A stretch of DNA of 64,000 nucleotides from Vitrella brassicaformis CCMP3155 (taxonomy: Eukaryota; Protista; Chromerida): contig CDMY01000201.1 of the NCBI GenBank assembly GCA_001179505.1, positions 105,126 to 169,125 of the forward strand. The letters are read 5' to 3'. The notes under the pieces were generated by a model, which worked only from the letters and a program-made list of their open reading frames with translations, was not told where the DNA came from and did no database searches. The translations under genes and the position numbers were made by a program. Positions 1-13,907 of the stretch are shown here, in pieces. Position 1 is the stretch's first letter. The number at the start of each line of letters is the position of its first letter.

Positions 1-67
1 ATTCAACACGTGATGACGAACACACCACGCCGAACGTCTCATTGTTTGTGTCTTTCTTATCCATCAG

Positions 68-1637
68 GGAGTTTCCCCCGGCACCGTTCGCCATGCCGCC
101 CTTCCCCTTCTACGCCCACCCATACGCAGCCCCCTACGCCCCATACCTTTACACACACCCCCACCCTCAACCGCACCTAACAAACGCCCCACCACAGCCG
201 ATCTACGAGGAACTCCGCACACTGCTGACCCGGCAGCAGCAGCAGCAGCAGCAGCAGCCACAGCCACAGCAGACGGAGCCCCACCCTTACACAGCCAACA
301 GAGCCATGGAGGGGCAGACATTGCTAGCAGAGGAGGGGCAGGAGGAGCACGGGCAGCACAGCGAGCCGGCGAGACGCATGAATCTCTTCCGTCACCATCA
401 GGAGTCGGCAGCCGCGCTCGAGACATTCCACCTCACCCGCGCCAAGCAGACCAGTGCAGTGCCGTCCAAGGTGCCCGCGCCCTTTCTCATCAAGCAGGAG
501 GACATCTCACCGTCCCTCTCGCCCCCCGCCGTGCCCACGGAGACCTCGCCCAGCTGCCAGCTGCAGGGCCTGTCGCCGCCCGTGGTGCCCACCACCACAA
601 CAAACGATACACGCAAGGACACCATCCACGTGAACGTCTCACCCCCACTCCCGATCCCGGTGCCAGTGGGTGGTGCTGGTGCTCCCGGTGGTGGTGGCGG
701 GGTCAAGGGCAAGAGGGGCGGGCCTGTGTTGGGTACTAGTGGTGGTGTGGTGAAGGAGGCCGGGCTGCCGCGGTTTGGGATAGGGGGCGATCGCGATGAG
801 GGGCCGGTGGTGGGAGGAGGGGCAGAGAGAGGCAAGGGGGAGGCAAAGTTGGAAGACGGAGGAGGGTATGTAGATGTCAAGGATAGGGAGAATTTCCGCC
901 GTCGGTGGCAGGTGGACCCCGTCAGCGCCGGCAGCAAGGGCAAACTCTCAGGTGACACACATACACACACATAATACTGCCGTCCATCCATGTGGATTGC
1001 TCCTGATTGCTCCTCCCCCAGGCCCGACTCTCTCACTGTCGCCCCCGTTCCTGACCTACAATGTGTCCGCCAAGGCCCCCACGGCCATCGAACCGAAAGA
1101 ACCCAAAGGCCCCGCACCAGCCCCCCTGCGACCGCCCAAGCAGGCCCTCTCCCCGCCCTCCCTGCCATCGCCCCTCTCACACAACGTCACTGTCCCGCCC
1201 GTCACGCCCACCAAGACGGCCGTCAGCAAAAACCCCAGCAACCTGCGACACGCCAAAGGAGCACCCAAGAAACCTGCCTTCAATGCACTGGTGGTTGAGA
1301 AGGGGCGAGACGCCAGTGGCAGCGGCAGTGGCAGTGGCAGCAACGAGTCGGAGCGTCGGCTTGGTTCGCGGTTGGTGGTGGCCAAGGCGGCGGCGGCGGC
1401 TGCTGCTGCTGGTGGTGTGGGTGGTGTGGGTGAGTTGCCTGTGACGGGAGGGAGTGGTGGGTCGACGGGCAGCCTTAGCGGTGTGGCGGTGTACGATTTG
1501 GAGGACAACGACGCCAAGAGTGAGATCAACATGGACGGACGGGGCGGCGAGGACGATGCCGACATCGACCTCAGAGGATGGTACATCCCCCCTACCGTCA
1601 AGACAGAACGAGACACCCACCGAGACCGACACACGAG

Positions 1638-1670
<33 letters not shown>

Positions 1671-1949
1671 TGTGGTTGTCCACCATCCATCAGGGATATC
1701 GAGCTGATCCCCGGTGCCACCCCGCGACCCTTCGGCAGCCAGGACCTAGAGGTAGACGGAGATGGCATTGGGGGTGGCGATGGTGATGGTGCCGAGGATG
1801 GTGAGGACGGCTACGGCACGTATGAGAGACACGATAGCACCTCGCGGCACATGGAGGGCCACCAGGGCAGCCTCAGCCGCCTGCAAAGCCGACTGATGCG
1901 GGACCCATTCACCGTCGGCAAGATGAACCAGTCTTACGAAGTCATGTGA
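68..1949 (+). CDS. Low-complexity Pro/Gln/Gly-rich protein of unknown function, 5' partial (exons 68-951, 1022-1580, 1694-1949)
   Basis: Three ORF-track frames (42.., 874.., 1578..) join in phase across GT-AG introns 952-1021 and 1581-1693. An acceptor CAG ends at 67, so the gene starts upstream of the window. No recognisable domain. Confidence 0.7.
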
Positions 1950-3014
1950 ACGGGACGGGAGAGAGAGAGAGAGGGAAACAGGTAGGGAGACGTAGATAGG
2001 TATGGGTGTGGGTATGGGAGAGTGTGGGCTGGGAGAGGGGGCGGGGTTGGAATGGATGGATGGATTTCTTGTGCATTGGTGCGTTTGGGTGGACGAATGA
2101 ATGGACAGCGTGCGAATGGATGGATGGATGGATGGACCGTGTGGCTAGGTTTCAACTCAATAAATATGTCGGTAAACGGGATTTGTGTGAGAGATTCCCA
2201 CGCGCAGAAGGAAGCACAAAAAGCATTGACAGCCAACACTTACGTCACGTACGCATTGCATTCATTGTCGAGTGAGTCGGTGGTCTGTACACACACACAG
2301 AGAGAGAGGGACATCGAATGAATCGATATGGCATGCACGCAGGCAGGCAGGCAGTCGGACACACAGGCAGTTAAGGAGGGAGGGAGGGAGACAGTCGGAC
2401 AGACAGACATGGAGGGAGGAGGTGAGAGGGTCCGGTCCGCACACAGCGAAAGCAAAAAATGCTGAACACACAAACGAAGGAACGAAACAGTCGGAAACAC
2501 TGCTGGTAGGTAAGCAGGGATAAATACGCAAAACTGCATCCATTCCATCCAAGAAGTAAGTGTATGTATGTTATGTGTGGCCATCTCTCTCTCCCTCTCT
2601 CCCCTGTAAGCTACAACCGGTCACCTCGCCCATCCGATCCGTCCATCCACTCCTTCCTTCATGGTGGTCTGGTCTCCACACACATTTGTGTCGTTCATCA
2701 TGCCATCCATGCGTTCGTTCAAAGACAACGCGCACAGCACACGGACACTCTCACTCACTCACTGCACATAAATAAAGCCGAAGGGCGGGCACACAGACAC
2801 ACACACACAGCACGAACACACCAGGCACAGCCAACACAGATGGGGGGCAGCCAACGAGCCAAGCCAAGCCACCCTGTCAGAGGATCTGCCCGAGTGTCCT
2901 CGTCAGCCGCACGTCCGCCACGCCGGCCATGCCGCGAACACACTCACGCAATCAATGCCCCATCCCTCCCCTCCCCTCCTTGCCTGCCTGCCTACTGCAA
3001 TGTGACCCCCCCCC

Positions 3015-3314
3015 NNNNNNNNNNNNNNNNNNNNNNNNNNNNNNNNNNNNNNNNNNNNNNNNNNNNNNNNNNNNNNNNNNNNNNNNNNNNNNNNNNNNNN
3101 NNNNNNNNNNNNNNNNNNNNNNNNNNNNNNNNNNNNNNNNNNNNNNNNNNNNNNNNNNNNNNNNNNNNNNNNNNNNNNNNNNNNNNNNNNNNNNNNNNNN
3201 NNNNNNNNNNNNNNNNNNNNNNNNNNNNNNNNNNNNNNNNNNNNNNNNNNNNNNNNNNNNNNNNNNNNNNNNNNNNNNNNNNNNNNNNNNNNNNNNNNNN
3301 NNNNNNNNNNNNNN
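3015..3314. other. Assembly gap (300 N) flanked by poly-C runs
   Basis: N run 3015-3314 with C homopolymers on both sides. Confidence 0.99.
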
Positions 3315-3774
3315 CCCCCCCCCCCCCCCCCCCCCCCACACACACACTCACTCAGACAGACAGACAGACAGGGAGAGAGGGGACGTGTGTGTGTGTCAGC
3401 TCAACCAGCTCAACCAGTTCAATCAACAACCTGTACTGTCATTATGTGTATGTGTGTGTGGTGGGTGCATGTTTGTTAAACGCCCCCCATCCCATCTCCC
3501 TCCCTCGCCTGTCTGGCTGGCTGTCACCTGTTGGCTGCACTGCAACGCACCACTCACTACCCACACCCATCTCACCTGGCTCACAAACACAGCTGGCGGC
3601 CGGCCACAGAAAGAAAAAAGACAACGGGCCGACCGGTCTGTCTATGTCGCACCACCCACACACACGTGGGCAGGCGGAGAGGAACGAAAGCACGCAAAGA
3701 GGGAAAAGTGTGCGAGCTGAGCGTGGGTGAGAGAGTGGGTGTGGGTGTGGGTGTGGGGTGTTGTGGGCTGTTGC

Positions 3775-5439
3775 TCATGAGGTGACCATGGCCGTGGCCC
3801 CCTCGCCGTGGAGGTCGTGCTCGGCCGTGTTGAGAGCTGACCGCGGTAGGGACATCTTGGCCTCGAACTGGGTCTGCAGCGACGCCCACTTGCGCGCGCG
3901 GTCATCCTCGTACTGCTTCTGTCTGCAGGCCAACACACACACGCACACACAAACCATGCCGTTGCTGCCTCATCTCGACTGCGTGGCGTGTGTGGTGAGT
4001 GAGGGGGGGGGGGACGGCCAATGCAGTCAGTGGGTTTGGTTTGGTTTACTGACTTTTCCTCCGACTCTCTGTGTTTGTTTGAGCATTCGTCGAACAGCGG
4101 CGGGTCGGCCTCCATCAGCAGCTTCAACACGTTGTACGTCAAGCCGTGGACAGTGCTGACCCACCGATGGATGGATGGACGGATGGATGGAACAAAGGCA
4201 GACAGGCAGGCAGGGACACACACGCAGCAAAGCGACATGCATCACCACACATCACATCCTCTAGGTATGTGTGTATGTGTGTGGTGTGTGTCAGTCATGT
4301 TTTGTGGGTGGTGTGGTTGGTGGTTATTACTTGTTCCAGTGGTGTTTGGAGTTCTTGTACAGCGCACCAATGACAATCGGGAACAGCGTCTGCAGTGAGT
4401 GAGTTGCAGAGATAGAAGGGAGAGGAGAGGGAATGGGTGGGACGCACGGCCGGCTGGCGGCTGGCTCTGTGTGTGTGTGTGTGTGTACCTGTCTGTTTTG
4501 GTTGATGAGTTTGACGATGTAATCATTGTTCCACAGAAACAGCACACGCTCAGCAACCTGCACACACACACACACACACAAAGCACCACAGCAGTCGTGT
4601 GCAGGTGTGTGTGGCCATCCATCCATCCATCCATCCGTCCGTCTGTCTGTCTGTGTGTGTACCTGGAAGTGTGGGCTGACGATGCAGGCGGCCACCTTCT
4701 TGAACAGGGGCTCCATCACACGCTGAAACTCGGGCGGCTGCGTCAACTCCAATATCTGCCACATCCCACACACACACAGATGGATGGATGGATCGATGTG
4801 GTCTCTCTGTCTGTCTCTCTGTTGGTCGTTCCTGTGTGTCCATTACCTCTTCCAGCTCGTTGAGGAATAGGACCTCCTTTGGTGTGTTGGTGACCGGCCA
4901 GTACCGCAGCAAACCCATCAGAATCGTCTCGGCCAAGCGGGGATCCTTCTCGACAAACCTGACACACACACACACAGAGAGAGGGGGGGAGACCCACCGG
5001 TGTGTGCGATACACAGACACATGTGTGCAGCCAGCCAGGCGTCCTTACTGGGTCATGCAGTAAGCGAGTTGCTGGTGGAATGCGTTGAGCGTGCGGGCCT
5101 TGTGGAGGGGGATGAGCGAGTGCTCCAGGAACTGACGGTGCTCCTCCTTCAGCGGCAACGCAAACCCGTTGATAATACTGCAGACAGCCACACACACAAC
5201 ACACAACACACACAGGGCCTGGATGGACAAATGGTATGTGTGTCTGTGTGTGTTGTGTGTGTGTGTCAGTCGGCACGTCTGTCTGCGCACCTGCCGAGGA
5301 TCTCGAGGAGTTCAGCGATTCCGTTGCGGACCTCGCACTCGTAGACGAACTTGTAGAAGACGTTCTGGATGGCCTTCCGCACAAACGACCTGCAAAGCCA
5401 TCACATCAAACCACACATAGAGTCAAAGTGGGAGTGTAG

Positions 5440-5471
<32 letters not shown>

Positions 5472-5506
5472 CTCTGCCTGTCGGCTCTCTCTCCGACCGC
5501 CTCAAC

Positions 5507-5543
<37 letters not shown>

Positions 5544-6558
5544 TACCTGAGTGCCATGAATTTGCCGTAGATGCGATGCAGGATGGTCTTGAGGTAGTCG
5601 CGCTCACGGGGATCCTCAGACGCGAACAACTCCAGCAACTGACAGACATGAACGAACGAAGAACGAATCAGTGTCGCACCACAAGACACACCACACCGTG
5701 CCAAGACACTCCATCACGTGTGCTGACTGACCTTGACAACGAAGTTTTGGTCGATGAACTTTTTGGCGACTTTTGGGTCGACGTCATTGGAGACCACGAA
5801 CCGCAGGAAGAACTCATAGACTATCTGCAGGTGCGGCCACGACCTGCACAGCACAAACCAACACAGCCAGACACACACACACACATACAGAGACAGAGAG
5901 ATGTGTGTGTGGGGTGGGGGTGTGTGAGTGTGGGGTGGGCACGCTTCTAGCGTGGGTTCCTCTTCCTCCGGGTCGTATGTGATGACGTTCTGCGTCGTGG
6001 AGGCCGGCAGCGCACGGAAAATGTTCATGCCAACCTGACACACACAACGCACACCGGACACCGGACACGAGTGGGATAGATGGTCTCTACCGGCTCATAT
6101 GGCTCACCCACCATGTGCACGACGTCCTGCATGATCTGCTCGTTGTAGAAATTGCGAGTGTTGTTGACGTACCTAACCAACAGACACAGAGACAGACAGA
6201 CAGACAGACACACAGAGAGACGTGCATCAATCTAATCTCTCTCTCTCTCTCTCTGTGTGTGTGTATGTGTGTGTGTGTGTGTGTGTATGTTGTCGGTGTG
6301 TCTGCGTTGATTCACTCGTGGCTCGCTCACTCGACAATCTCCAGTAGCGTCTGTCGTTTGGCCTCCTTCTCCTTCATGTAAGCGTCGGGCTGCTTGAAGT
6401 CGTATACGTAACAGCACGCCTGCAGCTTCTTGCGGAACAACTCCACTCGCTCACTCGCTGGCGCCTCTGATACCATAGATGCGCCACGCCATGCACACAG
6501 ACAGACGCATCTTGCCCCTCCTCTCTCTGTTTCTTGCCTCTCTCTCTCTGTGTGTCCG

Positions 6559-6605
<47 letters not shown>

Positions 6606-7548
6606 CTCTGAGTGCGGGCAGTGCGGCGAATGGGTTCTCCTCGCCCACGGTGTTGGCGTTTCTGTTGCCCCGGCCGGGCGGCGCCATCGCACCCACACCG
6701 CGGTTCGGACTCACCGCCCCTGCTGCCTTGGGAGCTGGTTTGTAAAGCAATCGCACACACACATATACAGAGAGAGATGAGCGCGTGCAGGTGGTTGCCA
6801 TCCAATTGCCATGCCCTCGGGTACGGTACCCACCGACCCGGTGTGGAGGTTTGTGCGGATGGCGGCGATGCGGGAGGAGGCTGACCGGACGGGGCACCTG
6901 CCTTGGGCTGCACACACCACACACAAAGGCAGGCACCAATGACAGACAGACAGACAGACACGCAACACAACGCACGGATCAGAGAAAAACGGTGCGGTGT
7001 TGGAGTCTTTCTCACCGCCGGCTTCTCGTTGGCACCCTGCAGTTGAGCGAATGGAGTGAGGTCCATGCAGACACAGACACAGACACACACACACCAAGAG
7101 AGCCATGCATGTCACGATGCATGACGAGATAGAAGAAAGGTCTTCTATGCGAGCCTGTCTGTCTGTCTGTATGTCTGTCTGTGTGCGCCTGATCTTCTCT
7201 TTTGGTTGGCGTGGTGTGTGGTGTGTGTGGTTCCTTACTGTGTCGGTTACCATGCGCCGTTTGACACTTTGGATCAACCTGCACACACACACACACACAC
7301 ACACATGCAACGAACGAACACAGGTACAGCACAGATAGCACAAACAAACAGACATGACACACACCGAGGGACACATCCATCCATCCATCCAGACACACAC
7401 ATCAACCAAGTAACCACCATGGTACACACACTGCTCGTCTCCTCTCCTTGTGTGTCCCTCCCTGCCTGCGTCCGTGAGCACATGTGTGTCGCCTGGCTTG
7501 GCTCCCTCCCTCCCTCCCATGCTATGCTGCTTATTCCCTTTACTTCAT
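3775..7548 (-). CDS. PPP2R5: Protein phosphatase 2A regulatory subunit B' (B56 family), multi-exon
   Basis: Spliced segments [113 protein letters not shown] and [20 protein letters not shown] are hallmark B56 motifs. Start is assembled as MK|LIQSVKRRM. Confidence 0.96.
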
Positions 7549-7837
7549 GATGGTGTCTGTGTGGGTGTGGCGCTGCTGAGTCAGTCGGCGATGCTCTCAA
7601 TCAACCAAAGACCACCACAGAAAGAAAGACGCTCCAAAATCGCTTCAAACTCCCCACAGCACAACTCCCACAGCGATGGCAGACGGTTGCAGGGCCTCAG
7701 CGGCCTGACGCTGCTCTGCTTGACCCGCTCGTGAGAAGAGCTCCTGAGTTGGGTGGTCAGGCCGCCATGCCCGATGGCAGAGAAGGACAAAGGCAGCCTC
7801 AGCCCTCCTGCTTCTCTCACCCCTCGTCGGCGACCTC

Positions 7838-7860
7838 TGCGAGCTTAGCTGCGAGCTTAG
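7838..7860 (+). promoter_or_regulatory. Tandem TGCGAGCTTAG x2 in the PP2A/DnaJ divergent intergenic region (candidate promoter motif)
   Basis: Exact 11-mer at 7838-7848 and 7850-7860. The same 11-mer occurs at 31551-31561, and the core TGCGAGCT occurs near other gene starts. Confidence 0.45.
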
Positions 7861-7982
7861 ATCCTCCAGCGTGTTCTCACCTTTCCCCACTTATCTAGGA
7901 CCATTTGCTCTCAGCGGCGAGTCGCATTTGTTGATTCATCTACTCCTCCAGAAATTTCGTTGTCGCTGTCTGCTGGTCACTG

Positions 7983-9512
7983 ATGGACCGGTTGCTGCTG
8001 CATTGCGTCGTCGGTGCGCCCATCACAGGCTTCCTCGTCACACGCAAATCTGAACGATGGAAAAACATAGGTAGGTGTGTCAGGCCGATCTGCAAGCACA
8101 ACACAGCAGACGGACGGGTGATTCCTTTTCTCTCTCTCCGTGTGCGTGTGTGTGTGTGATTGTGTGTGCGCAGCGTTGGTAGCCGCGGTGGTGTTTGTGG
8201 TCGCGCTGGGGTGGATGGAGGTAAGCAAACAAGGAAGCCACACGGGCGCGTCCAGGTCTGCCATCCATCCATCATGTCGTGGGGTGTGTGTGTCTGTGTG
8301 TGTGAATGTGTCCACCAGACGTACAAGGAGACGGCCAATTTGTACGACATGCTGGGCATCCCCGTGGGGTCCGACCAGCGGGTCGTCTACCAGGCATGGA
8401 GAAGACACTCCCAGATGTACCACCCGGTGAGCCAGTCAGCGAGCGGGTGAGCGAGCCGAGGCAAGACGAGGCGTGTTATGAGTCCATGCGTGGCGGTGCC
8501 TGTAGGACAAGAACAGCAGCCCTGAAGCGCAGGAGTTCTACTACTACCTCAAGAAGGTAAGGTGTGATATGCGATGGATGCGCCCAACACACGGACGGAC
8601 CCAGAACGGCCTGCTGACTGATTCCTGTGTGTGGTGTGGTGTGTGTGGCTGTGTGTGGGTGTGTGTGGGTGTGTTGTGTTCAGGCGTATGAGACGCTGTC
8701 CAACAACGTCCTCAAGAGCAACTATAACCGGTTTGGAGACTACAACGACGGTCAGTCAGTGACGGAGTGAGGGAGTGAGTGAGCGCCAACCAATCCAATC
8801 CAGTGCACTCTCCACCTCACCTGTGGGCTGGGCCGTGTGCTGTGTGTCATGCACACAACACAGGTCACGTGACGGACGAGACCTCCCAGACGATCGTGAT
8901 GCTCAGCTTCGTCTCCTACCTCCTGCTCTTCTCCGTCGGCTGCCTCCTCACACTTGCTAAACCCATCCAATTCGCCAGACAAGTCCGTTGGCCGGGCGGA
9001 CATCAGATGGATGTGGCACTCCGGGGCACATAGGACGAAGGTTATGTGTTCGTGTTGGGATGTGTGCAGATCTTTCTGGTGTATGTCGTGGCTGCATTCT
9101 GTCTTGAGCTGAATCTTCGGTTCGTGGAGGACGATGGGTCGATCCCCATGCTGCAGCACCTCCTGCCCTTCGAAAAGATACTCGTGAGCCCACTCCACCG
9201 ATGTGGCCACATACACACAAATAATAGACGGCGGCTGTGCTGTCTTGCTTGCTTTGTGTTGTGTTGTGTTGTGTTGTGTGTCAGTTGATGCGCCAAATGT
9301 TCCCATCGGTCATGTGTGCGGCCATGATCTTGTCGAGCTTCCTGTATGTTGACCAGGACTCGATCAACCAGCAGCTCTACACGGGGGTCGTGCAGAGCAA
9401 CGTGCGCATCTTCAACTGCGTCAGCACACTCAGCATGCACAGAGACAAAACCGGTGCGGGGCGCCCACACCCCACACCCTCACACACCCTCACACACCAC
9501 ACCGCTCGGTCT

Positions 9513-9543
<31 letters not shown>

Positions 9544-10174
9544 GTTCCCTCCTGTCAATCAAGCAGGTCTGTTCGGGCAGCAGAGGAAGAAGGGCGCCCC
9601 CCCATCGACAGCCAACCTGCCGGCGGCGAGCGAGAAGGGCCCAGGGAAGATCAAGAAGCGGACCACGGGCAGCGTGAGCAGGAGCGACGTTGTCACGGGA
9701 GGAGACAACAGGACAGCCGGCACCACCAGTGCCGACAACGCACAGGGAGGGGCGGGGGACGGCCCACAAGACTCCTTTGCGGTGAGTGAGTCGGTGACTG
9801 GATGGGGATGGGGGGGTGGGTGCGTCGGGGGTGGGGTGCACAGACACGGTTGTATCATGCCTCTGTGTGTGGATTGGATGTGTGTGTCAGTCGTTCTCGA
9901 AAGGCATGAACGAGGAACTGAGAGGCAAGCTGGACACCGTGCTGCTGAAATCGGTCAGCCATTGCGTGGGCTGGGTGCACTCTGCACTCACTCTTGACGC
10001 ACGTGGCCTGGCCTAACTGTGGCGGTTGTTTGTGTTTGGTTTGTTTGCTTGGGTGCGGCGCAGGCGCAGGCTGCGACGGGTCAGAACGCGCAGCAGGGGA
10101 GCGGCCAGCCCAACATGATGCAGATCGCATTCTGGGTGCTCATCTTCCTCGTCTACTGGACAAGCTCGAAATGA
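7983..10174 (+). CDS. Membrane-bound J-domain (DnaJ/Hsp40 type III) protein with several TM helices
   Basis: NLYDMLGIP...AWRRHSQMYHP|DKNSSPEAQEFYYYLKK|AYETLSN...YNRFG, with the HPD motif split by an intron. Hydrophobic segments lie before (ALVAAVVFVVALGW) and after (IVMLSFVSYLLLFSVGCLL; IFLVYVVAAFCL; MQIAFWVLIFLVYW). TGA at 10172-10174. Confidence 0.88.
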
Positions 10175-10877
10175 ATGAATGAGTGAATGAATGATGCGTG
10201 TGTGGGGGTGGGGGTTGGGGGAACGTGAGAGGGGTGAGAGTGACGCGATCGATCGCTTGGATGCTTGTTTGCACCGCACCGTAGGGATGGATGAGGACGC
10301 TCATGAAGGAAGCAAGGGAGGCAGACACACGGACACTGACAGACATGAGTAAACGAATGAAGCCACATATCACACATGGACATCAACACGCACACGCACA
10401 CGAAGGCCATGTACTGGGTGGGTCGGTCGGTCCAACAGCCAAGTAGGCTTCCCCCGCCCGTCCCCCTCTCCCGCAGCATCGATATGGATGTGCTGTGCAG
10501 AGGGGGTGTGGTGCGGGCAGGGCTACATGACATGGGGGGGTGTGGGGGTCTGTCTGTCTGTCTGTCTGTCAGTCCTTCTGTCTTTTGGTCGGTGTGTCAT
10601 TTGTCCGTGTGTGTCATGGCGTGGCGTGCACTGCACCCGTGGGTGGCTGTACACACGAGACTCCACATGAGTCGGTCTTGGGGGTAGGGATGGGGGTGGG
10701 ACTGGGGCGGTGAAGCTGTCCGTCACACGAACGGACTCTGCCTTCGGTCAACTCTGCACACACATACACACACATACACACACACATACACACATCCACA
10801 GCAGCAGCCTCCCTCCCCCCCCTCCCCCCCACCCCCCCACCCCACACACACGCACCTTTATTGCTGTGTTTATGTGT

Positions 10878-13672
10878 TCATGTCTTGGCTAGGTTGAGTG
10901 TGGGGTCGGCGAGGTCGGTCACGAGCGGCCGCTGTGCCAGCATGAGGGGCGGGATCTGCTCGATGGTGTACATGGCCGAGGCGGGGATCACCTTGTGCAC
11001 AGCCATCTCGTTCATGAAGGACTCGATCAACTCCACACCCTGCACACCATGTACCAAACACACACACACGCCATCATGCTGACCATCCATCCATCCATCC
11101 GTCCACCTGCTGCAGTGTTTGGTAGCCGGACTGCTCGTAGCAGTGGACGGCGATGGTCTCCACCAGACGAGCAGACAACCCGCGCCACTCAGACGAACTG
11201 ACAGACAGTGCACAAACAACCAGCCACGGGTCGGATGCACCATGTCTCTCTCTCTCTCTCTCTTTCTGTCTGTGTGTGCGTGTTTGTGTCTCATTGAGCG
11301 GTGCGCTGTGCTGACCCGAGGGCACACCGCACCACAGACTTGACGATGTCGGGCTGGCGGACGAACAACTTGGCCTACAGGGAAATGGGGTATAATACGC
11401 GGGATGGGTGTGCTGTGTCTCACCCTCCTACCTGAGCGATGAGCAGCCCCGGTCGGTAGAAGTCCGCCAGAGCCCGCTCGGCCTCAAACATACCCTGGAG
11501 GGCAGTACACACACGACATCCTTCGCTGCGCCGCGCCCTCTCTGTCTCACTGCAAACTGTATAGCCAGGTGCTTAGGTGCGTCTGAACCTGCAGTGTGTC
11601 TTGGTAGTTCATGACGCAGCTCCAGAAGCACGCCGTCACGGGGCAACCCTCAACCTATACACACATCCACCCCACCACTGCAGGCTATGTGTGTGGGGGG
11701 CGGATGCGCAGCGCATCCATAAGTACTGACTGTGAATTGTAGGTATGGCGATTTGACGGCCACCGAGTCGGCGTGCAGCTCCTTCGACTGCATGAGCTGC
11801 ACGGCAGCCGGGCCCAACAACTTGGCTACATCCTACACACACACACACACGCACCTCTTTGTCTCTCCCCGTGTGTGTGGCGTCATCGTGTGTGCGTGTC
11901 ACGTCACATGGATAGGGTGCATGATTTCCGATGTGATGAAGACGAGTCGGATGTGGGTGTCGTGTCCGATGATGGCCGTCTTCTTGGCGAATGACCCGCA
12001 CTCCAACGTGTCCACTATGTGCACTGGCAGACTCGCGAAACACTCCAAACAACTCTACACACCACACCACCACAGGAGAGCAAGACAGCATGGCTGGATG
12101 GGGGTGTGGGTGTGTGTTGGTACCTTGACGATGCGCTCGATTTTCTGGCGGATGGCCTCTTCGAATGAGGGCGACCACAGACGCTCATGCTGCCAGATGG
12201 GAGGAGGTGAATTGGTGGGTTGTGTGCCCATCCATCCATCCATCCACCGATTACCATTTTGTAGAGTGCGAGTTCTCTGTCGGCATCGGTAGTCTGCGGA
12301 TACAACACCCCGATCTGCACACAGCACAAGACAACACAACACAACACAACCACATCCACCGTCCATCAAACACGCACACGAAATGCTCTCACACATGGTG
12401 TTTGTTTCTTCTTCCATCAGATGCACCTGTGGGGAGTCTCCCGTCCCAACGCCCTTCTGCTGGCCGCCGGCAGAGCCACCCTTGGCAGCACCCACACCAA
12501 CAACACCGCCAACCACAGAGCTACGCACCATCCCGCCCTTACCCTCACCCTCACACACACCCACACCCATACCCACACCCCGCTCCCCACCACCACACAC
12601 AACTCCTGCACACACACACACACGCACACACAAACAATTCATCCACACGCAGCCGTGAGTGTGTCTCCCCCTCCCTCCGCTCTCATCTCGGGGGGCCCAC
12701 ACCGACCCTTCTGCTCATGCGTCGTGTCCACGGCTGCCAGGTCGAGCGGCTCGAGGGAGGGGCCGTGCGTCTGCTGCCGACTGGGACCGGCAGCTGATGC
12801 TGATGTTGACGCAGACGCAGCCCCAGCCTGGGCCGGTGCGGATGAGGTGGACTTGCGGCCGGGCTTCTTATTGGCGGAGTTGGTGGCGGTGCTCTTCTTC
12901 TTGTTATTGCCGTTGCTGTTGCGGGGCTGCATGGGGGGCTTCACCGGGTGCACCTCGCCGTCAGACGACACACGCAGGCTGCAGACCAACACACAGAGAG
13001 AGAGGCCACACACATGGATGGGGTGTGGTGTGGTGCGCTAGTCGCGACAAGGTGTGGTTCGTTGTATGTGCACTATACTGTTTGCAGTTGCGCGAGATGT
13101 ACGTGGGCAAACTGACACCACACACACACAGATGGATGGATGGATGGATGGATGGATCCACAGGGGTAAAGGAAGACCGTTCCCTCCCTGCCTCACCTCT
13201 CATCGATAAGCGATGAGATGGTGCGGTCGAACTTGTCCGAGAAGCGGCCGCGGAGGCTCGACAGCGACATGCTGCCACCCTCAGACCCAACGATCCGCTC
13301 CAACTCAACGCCCACGTTGAACGGCACGATACCAAAACCTACACACCACGCCACAAACCACACCATTGCAAACACACAAATGGACGGACGAATGCATCCA
13401 CATTGCCCATGGCATTGCAGCCGCCGCCGCTGCCGCTGCCGCTGCCTACCTTCAGGTACGAGCTCTACGACCTTCTTGCCAGCTCCGAGATCTTCCACCA
13501 TGAGTAGCTCCCCCTTGTCGACCGCCATGCTCTGCAGCAGGGAGCCGAAGTCCTCCGCCGAGGGCGGTGTGAGGCCGAACTGGCGCGTCCACATGGGTCC
13601 CAGCTGTGAGATGGGCGTGGCGCCGCTCTCCAGCAGCAACCACTCCAGGCGATTTTTCACCAACGACGCCAT
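10878..13672 (-). CDS. Two N-terminal LOTUS/OST-HTH-like winged helices fused to a 2'-5'-oligoadenylate-synthetase-fold (Pol-beta NTase) domain with degenerate catalytic residues
   Basis: Spliced translation gives SPSFEEAIRQKIERIVK|SCLECFASLPVHIVDTLECGSFAKKTAIIGHDTHIRLVFI, LFVRQPDIVKSVVRCALG|SSEWRGLSARLVETIAVHCYEQSG and RPLVTDLADPTLNLAKT. These are colinear with remembered OAS1 motifs (GGSSGKGT..GRSDADLVVF; FLKQRPTKLKSLIRLVK; YALELLTVYAWERG; RPVILDPADPTGNLG). The N-terminal segments GATPISQLGPMWTRQFG and GGSMSLSSLRGRFSDKF resemble LOTUS. Confidence 0.75.
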
Positions 13673-13907
13673 CGCAGGGGAGGGGAAGGGGGGAGGGGAG
13701 GAGGGGAGGGGGAGAGAATTGGATGAGAACGGGCGGCCGAGGAGCGATGCAGGACGTCGTGGCTTTCGAGGGGGAGCCTCAGGCATGTAAACGCATCGGC
13801 TGTAAACAAAGGTCGGCTCTTGTCTTACAGTGATAGTAATCAATCCACATTGCTGTACGACAGCGCCTAAATGAACGCATCACCCCGCTGGTATCCCGCC
13901 TATTGCT

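Noticed and set aside
2564-3730. Long ORFs of up to 388 aa spanning the N run
   Set aside because: Artefacts of stop-free N and poly-C sequence.
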